From positions 990,001-1,022,000 of the forward strand of contig OZ246420.1 of NCBI GenBank assembly GCA_965231145.1: a stretch of 32,000 nt of DNA, read 5' to 3'. The translations under genes and the position numbers were made by a program. This document shows, piece by piece, positions 1 to 7,885 of the stretch. The DNA is from Candidatus Saccharimonadota bacterium. GTDB taxonomy: Bacteria; Patescibacteriota; Gracilibacteria; Absconditabacterales; Absconditicoccaceae. Within the stretch, counting starts at the first letter, position 1. Every line of letters begins with the position of its first letter. The notes below the pieces were generated by a model. It was not told the DNA's origin and searched no databases. It worked only from the letters and a program-made list of their open reading frames with translations.

Positions 1-1448
1 TTGGCAACATTTGTATGAGTCACCACTTCCTGCTGATACGCGATCAACATCTCATCACTATGATACGCTATCTTTCTCAGCTCATCGATCTCCGGATCAA
101 ACCCATCTCTAATATAATCTATTTCATCATTCAATCCTTCTTCCTTCAAAAGTTGATACAAATATTCATATAACTCTTCTCCTTTCTTCAATACTTCGTC
201 TTCGACTCAGAGCACTTTCAGTGCTGATTTTATCCCTTGCCCCTTATCCCTTGTCAATGATTCCTCCAACCTTAACTCCGCTCTTTGCTCTCTGCTCTCT
301 CAGTTTGATGGCGAATTAAATATAAGCGACAAAGCATATCTGAGCTTTCCTAGCGTTGTCGGATTGTGTTTCTTGTAGATAATAAGCGACATGATTTTTG
401 GGATATCAAGCATGTGACCGAGCGTCTGTGCGATACTTTGTGCATCATCGCGATGAGAGATATAGTAGTCGACATGCTGTTGACGCTCGGAGATGACAGA
501 AAGATTTTTTGTCGGACGTGTCAGCACTTCGCGAAGAAGCCTTGCGCCAAGTGATGTTTTTGTCTGATCGATAACGCCGAGCAATGAGTATTTTTTTGCA
601 CCATCGTAGTGCGAGGCGAAAAGCTCGAGGTTTTTTATCGTCACGTTATCGAGCAGCACCGCGTCGGTTGAGTTATCGTACGAGACAGAGATAATAGTAT
701 GGATGCTTCATTTTTGTACGCCGCGAAGATAGTGGACGAGTAAGCTGAATGCATATTTCCTACCGTCCTCAAGCGCCTTTCCAAACGAATTCAATGACTG
801 CACACCAAAGACAGACTGCAGCAATAAGTCTGCATCTGATGGCTGATCGTATGTCGAAACAAGGCAGTGGGAAAAATTGTGCATATGATTTTCGAGTTCT
901 CACTTCTGGGGAAAATCAATATCGACGACGATCTCCGCAGGAGACAGATTCAGTAAAAATTTTAAGAGTTCATCGATAGATGAAAAACTTTGCGTCCAGT
1001 ACTGCCCGACCGAAAAGTCACCCCACGCGAGGTGATAGTTTTGGAGATCTCCTCCGGAGTATGCAACCGCCGTGATGTATGAAAATTGTTTCTGTGACTC
1101 CTGAATATACGTTCCCGGCGTGATAACTGCCGTCACCTCACGCTCAACAATCTGCCCCGGCTTTGGCTCACTCACCTGCTCACCTATAGCAACTTTGTAG
1201 CCATGCGCCACCAGTTTCGCGATATACTTCTCTGCACTATGATATGGCAATCCCGCCATAGGAACTGGATTTGCACTATTTTTATCACGAGACGTGAGCG
1301 TCAGATCTAAGAGCTTTGAACAGATCTTTGCATCTTCATAAAACGTCTCATAAAAATCTCCCATACGAAAAAAAAGAATGCAGTCTTTATACTGCGTCTT
1401 CATGTCCATATACTGCTTTTGTGCCGGCGTCAGCTTCTCCGTATTCAT
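1..1448 (-). CDS. mutS: DNA mismatch repair protein MutS, N-terminal ~482 codons (3' end runs off the left edge)
   Basis: The N-terminus MNTEKLTPAQKQYMDMKTQYKDCILFFRMGDFYETFYEDA is the MutS domain-I signature. Track fragments 900..1448 and 300..659 share one frame and are joined by in-frame TGA at 900-902, 708-710, 300-302 and 207-209. I found no TAA/TAG in that frame down to position 1. The joined middle part reads ...LVHYLRGVQKGASHTIISVSYDNSTDAVLLDNVTIKNLELF, which is MutS-like. Confidence 0.9.
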
Positions 1449-1514
1449 GCCCTGATTGTACGGAAATAGCGGGTAAGCTCAATATTAAAAAATCCAATGA
1501 AATTATGCATATAA

Positions 1515-1530
1515 GCGCATTATAATGCGC
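1515..1530. repeat. 16-nt perfect palindrome GCGCATTATAATGCGC (hairpin), one of the transposase-associated hairpins
   Basis: Read directly. It lies 5 nt past the TAA (1536-1538) of the transposase gene and about 67 nt upstream of the mutS start. Its core CGCATTAT/ATGCG is shared with the 1782..1801 hairpin. Confidence 0.6.
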
Positions 1531-1535
1531 CTTCT

Positions 1536-2114
1536 TTAGAGAGGACGCAAAATATTGCGTCCGTACAATTCTCGCCATTTCATCGGATTTTCCTGGATAT
1601 ATTTTTTTATACGATCATATTCGATTTCATTTCTAATAATATGGTCGTGGTAACGACCATGCCGGGCGAATGAAATATGATTATTTTTCGCGTATTTCAT
1701 TACACCAATTTTAAACCCACGAATAATTGCTCACAACGATCATGATGCACATTCATATTTATTTTTTTCTCGGTATTGTACGGACGCATTATCATGCGTC
1801 CTTTTTATTTTATTTATTTTTTTATCATTGGACGCAAAATATTGCGTCCCCACATCGCACCTATTTACTATCAATATCCCATGGACGTGATTGGGCATAC
1901 AAATAAATTCATCTATTTCAACATACGGATAATGGGTCGGAATATCCTTTCGACACTTCCAAGCCACGCGACCCAATTCATTCAACCTCATCACCCCATT
2001 TTTCACTTTTCAAAAATAATGCTGCATATCCTTGCAGCATATCGTGACGAAATAGATAGCGGACGATGAGTAATCGTGTCGCTGGGCTCTGGGTGATGTA
2101 CGATGATGCATCAT
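1536..2114 (-). CDS. IS200/IS605-like Y1 (HUH) transposase, REP-associated tyrosine transposase (RAYT)-like, ~192 aa
   Basis: Reading through in-frame TGA at 2010-2012, 1740-1742 and 1731-1733 gives MMHHRTSPRAQRHDYSSSAIYFVTICCKDMQHYFGKVKNGVMRLNELGRVAWKCRKDIPTHYPYVEIDEFICMPNHVHGILIV...SLGAIIRGFKIGVMKYAKNNHISFARHGRYHDHIIRNEIEYDRIKKYIQENPMKW. This contains the HUH motif (PNHVHGIL) and the Tyr-containing C-terminal segment (RYHDHIIRNE) typical of this family. The real stop is TAA 1536-1538. The start at ATG 2112-2114 is my choice and is uncertain. Confidence 0.8.
1543..1562. repeat. Hairpin GGACGCAAAATATTGCGTCC (8-bp stem, 4-nt loop), copy 1
   Basis: Read directly and identical to the 1830..1849 copy. 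It lies inside the last codons of the transposase gene, where it is translated as GRNILRP. Confidence 0.7.
1782..1801. repeat. Hairpin GGACGCATTATCATGCGTCC, variant copy
   Basis: Read directly. It has the same GGACGCA/TGCGTCC stem as the 20-mer at 1543 and 1830, with a different loop. It is translated inside the transposase gene as RTHDNAS. Confidence 0.7.
1830..1849. repeat. Hairpin GGACGCAAAATATTGCGTCC, copy 2
   Basis: An exact repeat of 1543..1562, translated here in a different frame as GTQYFAS. Confidence 0.7.
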
Positions 2115-2214
2115 GACTATAAGCAAACAATACCATCGTCCATCGTATGAAATATAGCATAGATGAATAACGAATCTGCCTCTTTCGCACGAATAATATC
2201 ATTTTCTCAATATC

Positions 2215-2242
2215 AAAAAAAACGCCTCCGGAACTACCGGAG
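2215..2242 (-). terminator. Rho-independent terminator of the 2262..2750 gene
   Basis: The minus-sense sequence reads CTCCGG-TAGTT-CCGGAG followed by GCGTTTTTTTT, beginning 20 nt past the TAA stop. Confidence 0.7.
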
Positions 2243-2261
2243 TGCGTTGGGTTTATAGACA

Positions 2262-2750
2262 TTACGATGGTTTTTTATAGGACACCCGTTGTTGGCGAGG
2301 GAAAATGCTATTATACAGTTCTTTTTCGATAAGAAGCACCTGCTTTGACGAAAGAAATGTATATACATAGAGCAATTCTTTCTTCGCACAGTAGTAAATG
2401 TTGCCTTCCTGTACCTTGAGTCTAAGCCAGAGAGTATACTCCCCCAGAGCGTTACCCGGAAGGATATGATGCTGAGGAGTATAAATTTCTTTTCTACTCG
2501 CGCTATAATCCTGCTGGTCTCGGGTACCAATATAGTAGCCACCCAGCTCAGGAATATGACGCAGCATTTTACAATGCAGCTCAGGAAAACCAGCATCTTG
2601 CACCAACTTAATGAACTCGGCAGAAGCAGACACAATAGAGTGTTTAAGGTCAGCCGAATAGTGAGCAATGCGTGCTTTGCGAGCTTCTTTTCTTGCATTT
2701 TTTCCCTCGTTCCAATTTTTGGATGAGGTGTTTGCGATTTCAGTATTCAT
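2262..2750 (-). CDS. Hypothetical protein, 162 aa, no family recognised
   Basis: Intact ORF from ATG (2748-2750) to TAA (2262-2264) with no in-frame TGA, followed by a terminator. It has a basic N-terminal segment (KNARKEARKARIAHY). I recognise no motif. Confidence 0.6.
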   Translation of the reverse strand: MNTEIANTSSKNWNEGKNARKEARKARIAHYSADLKHSIVSASAEFIKLVQDAGFPELHCKMLRHIPELGGYYIGTRDQQDYSASRKEIYTPQHHILPGNALGEYTLWLRLKVQEGNIYYCAKKELLYVYTFLSSKQVLLIEKELYNSIFPRQQRVSYKKPS

Positions 2751-2863
2751 ATTGTATCAATTTAGGTGTGTTTTAATTTTATGTTTGCTTCCGTATTTTA
2801 CTTCTAGAAGACCATTTGTCAATACTTATTTTAGGACAAAAAGAGCCTTTTTGGGGCAATGCT

Positions 2864-4489
2864 ATGCGGAAAAGTGCTTTTGACTATACTTATACTATGG
2901 CGCAAGCTCCGATGCATACGGTGAGTCAGTATACTGCCCCGAAAGGCCCTCAGGAAGGGAAAGCGCTTTCGCTATTGAAAGAAAGAACAAAAGCAGAGCT
3001 TTTTGATGCAATTTCAGCACAAAATGTCCTCCATGGAGGTTGGCAGAAGAATGTAGAAGAATGGTACAACGAGAAGGTAGAAAAAATGATCGCAAGAGGC
3101 AATGATAAAGAGACTGCAGAAAAACTAGCAACGAAGCAAATACAGAAAGTATGGGCAAATGTATGGAGAGGAAAGCTTGCAACACCAGGGACAAAACAAG
3201 GCGATGGATATAAAAATGAGTGAGATAGCGATGGAGAAGGCGCAATATTTCTCATGAAGAAATTTATATTTGGAAATAAATCTTCATTTGTGAACTATCT
3301 CAGTCACGAAGATATAAAAGCGCATGCGCACTCCACCGACTTCAGTGACAAAAATGTACTGAGAATGTTTCTTGATGGCGGAGAGGTGCCAGGATTTACC
3401 GTGGAAAGCAAAGAAGGCAAGGGATTAAAATCTCCATGGAAACAAGCGAAGGTGATCGCCGATCATCATCCACATGGACCAACCTCCACTACCTGAATGG
3501 TAGCTAAATTATTGGAACTCACTCACATTATTCCTGCAAAAGAAAAAAAATATGTAGAGAAATTTGTAAAAACTATCGATGTAGTAGACTCCTTTTTGAG
3601 TAAGGCAGGAAAGGTTTTCGATGTAAAAAAAGAATATGCAAAGACGCTTATCGCTTTCAGTTATTCTCTTGATAGTGAGACACTCTATGAGCTATGTACG
3701 AAGCTTCCCGACAATGTCTGACCATTTTCACCAATCCCTGATGACATCCTCCAAAGCATGGAAGTTATTCCTAAGAAAAAGAAGACAAAAGTAAAACTAC
3801 AAGAGCTTGTTGAGAAAAAACAAAGCAATATTGATGCGTGAGCTATTATGGTAAAAGAAAAATTAGATGAAAAAAAGTTTGTCACTGTTGAATGAAAAAA
3901 ATTTATTATATTTTGACCCAACGACAGCATCCCAACTGACGTAAGGGCAATGCTCAGCGCTGAGTATGGTTGTGGGACTATAGCAGTATTTAAAAATGGT
4001 GATATGATCATCGTACATGATGAAGGGATTCCACAGTCCATGAGAAACCAAAACCTTTGACTAATAGTGCGCGATGTTATTCTTGTTATGAATGCAAACA
4101 CAACAAACAATAATCATATCGAAAAAGGGAAGCAGCTCTATAGTTCGATCCCCGATGGCGAATGAAAGAACTATCTTATGGGCCTCCTCGGCGGCGAAGC
4201 TAAAGAAAAAGTAGAGGTAGAAGCAGAACAAGCTCCGGAAGAAAAGAAAGCTGAACCGGTGGAACCGAAGAAAGAAATTTCTGCTCCTCTTGTTACACCT
4301 CCTCAGGCAACCCAAACTCCAATTGCTCCAAAGAGCGAAGCTCCAGTTCCTCGGCCGTTAGAGAAAAAGAAAATAGCCTCATTTGCTCCGGTCGCAAAAG
4401 AGATGAAAGATGAGATGAAAAAACTTGGCAAAGACATGAAAGAAATGTGGTCTGGCTTTCTCGATATTTTCCGCAGAAAAAAGAAATAA
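2864..4489 (+). CDS. Hypothetical 541-aa protein with a possible degenerate DHH-phosphoesterase-like core, a Lys/Glu/Pro-rich tail and a C-terminal amphipathic helix
   Basis: Track ORFs 2816..3223, 3254..3496, 3497..3721 and 4178..4489 are all in one frame. They are joined by eight in-frame TGA codons (3221, 3494, 3719, 3839, 3893, 3914, 4058, 4163), and I found no TAA/TAG until 4487-4489. The start could be TTG 2816 or ATG 2864. The segment KVIADHHPHGPTSTTGMVAKLLE (DHH at 3461-3469) resembles DHH motif III plus the following helix, and AHAHSTDFSDKNVL weakly resembles motif I. Confidence 0.6.
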
Positions 4490-4520
4490 AAAAAACCGAC
4501 AGTGTGATAACACCATCGGG
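4488..4520 (-). terminator. Rho-independent terminator of the DUF4407-like gene
   Basis: The minus-sense sequence CCGATGGTG-TTATCA-CACTGTCGG forms 9 bp including two G-U pairs and is followed by eight T. It overlaps the stop codon of the convergent + strand gene. Confidence 0.6.
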
Positions 4521-4557
4521 TTCTGGCAAACATTGTCCTATAACTTGCGACATTATA

Positions 4558-6237
4558 TTACGTTGTAGTACCAGCATTATTATTTGTACCGGGAGCATTA
4601 TTCACAGCAGGAGCTGGAGCAACACTCGCAGTTGGTTGTGGTGGTCTTGTGGCAGGCAGATTCAAGCGAAGATTTCTCTTAAAGATGTCGAGAAGAAGTG
4701 CTTTCTCAAGCATATCTTTCACGTCTCCTTGAGGAAGTTTCCTGACAAGCTTGTTTGCTTTGTCTATCTCGTGGCCGACCATATCATAGGTCTTCACAAC
4801 GAGAGCTTCTGCTTGCGTGATTCTATCAATCTCCATATCATGGAGAATCTTAATATCATCATCTGTTTTAGCCATGAGCATTTTAGCCATGATAGGAGCG
4901 ATGTCCAACAACATGAGGAAGAGGAATATAATCCACTCTTCAATCCTTATGCCGGGATATTTTTCGCCTGCCCTTTCCAGAGCATTCATACGAGCGCCTA
5001 AGCCATCAGCTTGGTTATTAGCCCACTGTGCTTGTTTCTCGTCGTATTCCTTATTCATTTCTTGCTCTTCTTTTTCCAACTTGGCTATTGCCTCATTGTA
5101 AAGGTCGGTCTGATATTTCCAGAACTCTTCCTTCTTACGTGCTTCGATACCATGGCCAGCCTTACGACCGCCAATAGAAGTATTTACTTCAGTATTATAC
5201 TCTTCACGAGCTTTATCTACTGGTATCTTAGCCTCTTCTTTTCTCTTACGCAATTTCTCTGTTTCAGACTTCCTCTCTTCATCTATTGCTTTCAGAGCAT
5301 CAGCTTTTTGTTCAGCTAATTCCTGCTTTATTTCCTGGTTAAACATCGCCATTTCCAATGGCTTTGCCAGGAATAATGCAATTACCCACGCCATAGCGAT
5401 ACGGATGAGAGCGATACCCCATTGCTTTTTAGGACCCATAGTAGCGATGATCGACCTATCGACTAAGAATACCACAATAGGAAGTATAATGCTTCCAACA
5501 ACAGTACCAAACTCTGACTTAAAGGTAACACTTATCATATAAGGCACAGACAGCAACGATACGAACAATGGAACAAACAGTGTTGATCCAAGAACCGAAT
5601 ACTTTATGCGATCTACTTTAGAAAGATCATCGTAATTCTTGCCTACAAAACGGCACAGAAGTTTAACGGTCATTTCTCTTTTTGCCACTACCATATGGTA
5701 GATAGAACCAGTAATGAACGCCATAGTAATCCCTTTTATCCAGCTTACAGGAAGCTTGGTATTGAGGAATACCATGGTGGTACCAAATGCAATAAGCGTC
5801 ACTACCCAACCGACAACTTCCAGTCCGACATATTGCTCCTTGCGGGTAAATAGTCTTCTGTTATTCAGTTGTGTGAGAACACGGTAGATTGCACCAGCAA
5901 AGGTTGCAGCTACCAGCGCTATCAAGTAATTTTTCCAGTTATACGGATCGCGTAGAACGAGAATACTAAATGTAGTGATCACTTCGACCCAGCCGAAGAT
6001 CTCAACAACCATAGGTTGCTGAGCATTAGTAAATACCCTTTTATTATCAACGTACATTTTGTTGATCATATGGTATATTACTGCTGTGAAACTCATAACT
6101 ACTATCGCCGCAAGATAACTTTTCCAGTTGCGATAATTATTTACGAGCACGATACTGACGCCGAAGGTCAGTATGATCAACCAAGCGAGAAACTCCTCTG
6201 CTTTGGATTGATGATCTGTTACAATAATTTTTTTCAT
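4558..6237 (-). CDS. DUF4407-like membrane / coiled-coil protein with an N-terminal extension of repeated transmembrane modules, 559 aa
   Basis: Intact ATG..TAA ORF without TGA. The segment DRIKYSVLGSTLFVPL...FLVDRSIIATM...IRIAMAWVIALFLAKPLEMAMFNQEIKQELAEQKA, then a long charged coiled coil, then GLGARMNALERA and a final TM helix, matches my memory of the DUF4407 layout. The N-terminal ~190 aa are extra TM hairpins. Confidence 0.6.
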   Translation of the reverse strand: MKKIIVTDHQSKAEEFLAWLIILTFGVSIVLVNNYRNWKSYLAAIVVMSFTAVIYHMINKMYVDNKRVFTNAQQPMVVEIFGWVEVITTFSILVLRDPYNWKNYLIALVAATFAGAIYRVLTQLNNRRLFTRKEQYVGLEVVGWVVTLIAFGTTMVFLNTKLPVSWIKGITMAFITGSIYHMVVAKREMTVKLLCRFVGKNYDDLSKVDRIKYSVLGSTLFVPLFVSLLSVPYMISVTFKSEFGTVVGSIILPIVVFLVDRSIIATMGPKKQWGIALIRIAMAWVIALFLAKPLEMAMFNQEIKQELAEQKADALKAIDEERKSETEKLRKRKEEAKIPVDKAREEYNTEVNTSIGGRKAGHGIEARKKEEFWKYQTDLYNEAIAKLEKEEQEMNKEYDEKQAQWANNQADGLGARMNALERAGEKYPGIRIEEWIIFLFLMLLDIAPIMAKMLMAKTDDDIKILHDMEIDRITQAEALVVKTYDMVGHEIDKANKLVRKLPQGDVKDMLEKALLLDIFKRNLRLNLPATRPPQPTASVAPAPAVNNAPGTNNNAGTTT

Positions 6238-6476
6238 TGTATAAAGAGATGATTTTTTGTATTGGTGAGTTCAATATTGTTTAGATAATTTTTTATGAAG
6301 AAACACATGTAGTCGCAATACACGTGTCAGATCTGTTAATGTTCATCCCTCTTCTAAACACAGTTTAGAGAAGGATAATATATTATATTCACAGATCGAA
6401 ATAAGTCAAGTTTTGGGGCATTTTCCACAAAATCGTCAAAAGATTGTTAATAAGTCGTTTTTAAGGATTTTTTAAG

Positions 6477-6521
6477 GTTTGTGGGACCTATATTTTTACC
6501 TTTTCTTATGATTTTGTAAAC
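6477..6521 (+). repeat. Direct repeat copy 1 (GTTTGTGGGACCTATATTTT ... ATGATTTTGTAAA)
   Basis: Read directly. The 20-mer core matches 6676..6695 at 19 of 20 positions. Both copies continue into ATGATT and TTTTGTAAA segments, with an indel between them. Confidence 0.6.
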
Positions 6522-6538
6522 CACCCGAACAAAACACA

Positions 6539-6562
6539 AAAACAGCTATATATAGCTGTTTT
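6539..6562. repeat. 24-nt perfect palindrome AAAACAGCTATATATAGCTGTTTT (operator or bidirectional terminator-like)
   Basis: Read directly. It has an A-tract on one side and a T-tract on the other, and sits in the 660-nt non-coding stretch upstream of nrdB. Confidence 0.5.
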
Positions 6563-6675
6563 CAGAGCGTTTCAGGATAAAATTATATTGTTTTCATGAG
6601 AAATGCCCTACCTTGCATTATAAACAATACACTTGTTTAATCCTTTTACCTACTCGTTTTTTTATGCTTTTAGGC

Positions 6676-6719
6676 GTTTGTGTGACCTATATTTTATATG
6701 ATTATAGAGTTTTTGTAAA
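6676..6719 (+). repeat. Direct repeat copy 2 (GTTTGTGTGACCTATATTTT ... ATGATT..TTTTTGTAAA)
   Basis: See 6477..6521. The two copies are 199 nt apart. Confidence 0.6.
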
Positions 6720-6814
6720 TAACACTTAGTTATCATTTTTGAAAATCACAACCTCCTTGTGAAATTTTTATGTTGATTTTTGATAATATACCTATATGAC
6801 AGTCCCCAACGAAA

Positions 6815-6830
6815 ACACCATATATAGTAT
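6815..6830 (+). promoter_or_regulatory. NrdR-box-like operator 1 (ACACCATATATAGTAT)
   Basis: About 14 of 16 positions match the published NrdR-box palindrome acaCwAtATaTwGtgt as I remember it. It lies directly upstream of nrdB. Confidence 0.55.
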
Positions 6831-6846
6831 CTTGAAAATATGTTGA

Positions 6847-6862
6847 AAACTATATGTAGTGT
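6847..6862 (+). promoter_or_regulatory. NrdR-box-like operator 2 (AAACTATATGTAGTGT)
   Basis: About 14 of 16 positions match the NrdR-box consensus. Its start is exactly 32 nt after box 1, which is the tandem spacing typical of NrdR sites. It ends 40 nt before the nrdB ATG. Confidence 0.55.
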
Positions 6863-6901
6863 TGAAAACAATTGCTTTTATATAGTAATAATACTCTGGA
6901 A

Positions 6902-7885
6902 ATGGTGTTGATTGGAAGAAAATTAGTGACAGATGGTACGAAACTATCTGATAAACATAGTGTGTTTGAAGACCTCTATAAGAAGCAAAAGCAGGCAATA
7001 TGGTTTCCAGAGGAAATTAACATAGGACTCGATCTCGTAGACTATAAAGGAATGAAGGAAGACGAGAAAACACTCTTTCATGAACTTATCGGATACTTTG
7101 TGACATCAGAGCTTCTCGTACAGAACGTCATCGGTGAATCATTCTATCCATACGTGATCGATGCAAGAGCAAAGATGGCGATGACCGTTCAGATGTTCAT
7201 GGAAGATATTCACTCTGACTTCTTTGAAATGATCCTTCATACGTTTAGCATGAACCGTGATGAGATCTACAGCAAAGCTTCTGAGCATCCAATCATGAAA
7301 GCAAAGCAGGAGATGATCGCTGCAGCAGCAAATCGTATCAGCGTTTCAGCATCAGGAGGTGTAAATCCAGACACCCTCGAAGGAAAGAAAGCTATTTTAA
7401 ATGCGATTCTTATTAACAATATCGTTCAGGAAGGAATCTTCTTCTACTCTGCATTTGCACTCTACTTCGCGATCAGAGAAACAGGAAGAATGAAAAATGT
7501 CTGTAATGGTATGGATCTTGTGCTCATCGATGAAAGTTTCCACCTCAAGATGGGAATAGAAATGATCATGACGATGATTGAAGAAACTCCAGAACTTGTA
7601 CAAGACGCAGCGTTTGTTGAACATATCAGAAAGACAATCATCGAAGGAGCAGAGCTTGAAATGCAATTCCTCCAAAGCCTTCTTACGAACCGCATGATTT
7701 TCGGTGTTCACTACAATGAAATGGTTGATTATCTCAAATATATCGTAGACCGCAGACTCGAAGAACTTGGGTTTGGACCTCACTATCTTATCGAAGGAAA
7801 TCCATTGAAATTCCTACAAAAACAAGACCTTAAAACGCTCCAAAATTTCTTCGAAATCACACCAACACAATATACTAATTTCTAA
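6902..7885 (+). CDS. nrdB: Ribonucleotide reductase small subunit (R2), class I, with R2c-like metal-site features
   Basis: Ferritin-like R2 motifs are present: FVTSELLVQN, FMEDIHSDFF (ExxH), VQEGIFFYSAF, IDESFHL (ExxH) and a C-terminal ...TQYTNF tail. It lies immediately upstream of nrdA. The stop is TAA 7883-7885. I prefer the ATG at 6902 as start; the track start at 6872 is a TTG. Confidence 0.9.
   Translation: MVLIGRKLVTDGTKLSDKHSVFEDLYKKQKQAIWFPEEINIGLDLVDYKGMKEDEKTLFHELIGYFVTSELLVQNVIGESFYPYVIDARAKMAMTVQMFMEDIHSDFFEMILHTFSMNRDEIYSKASEHPIMKAKQEMIAAAANRISVSASGGVNPDTLEGKKAILNAILINNIVQEGIFFYSAFALYFAIRETGRMKNVCNGMDLVLIDESFHLKMGIEMIMTMIEETPELVQDAAFVEHIRKTIIEGAELEMQFLQSLLTNRMIFGVHYNEMVDYLKYIVDRRLEELGFGPHYLIEGNPLKFLQKQDLKTLQNFFEITPTQYTNF

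Noticed and set aside
2262-6237. The three orphan genes between mutS/transposase and nrdBA, considered as a prophage remnant or a known anti-phage defence system.
   Set aside because: I see no integrase, nuclease, ATPase, RT, TIR, toxin-antitoxin or phage structural signatures. The genes are convergent or divergent rather than one operon. I can only call them uncharacterised, and report them as separate low-confidence findings.
6539-6562. A possible third NrdR box (ACAGCTATATATAGCTGT).
   Set aside because: The palindrome is 18-24 nt rather than 16 and has an extra base pair in each half relative to the NrdR consensus. It also lies about 280 nt from the tandem boxes. I kept it only as an unexplained palindrome.
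6792-6998. A minus-strand 68-aa ORF overlapping the nrdB start and the NrdR boxes.
   Set aside because: It is AT-rich and low-complexity, has no motif, and overlaps a strongly supported gene and its operator region.
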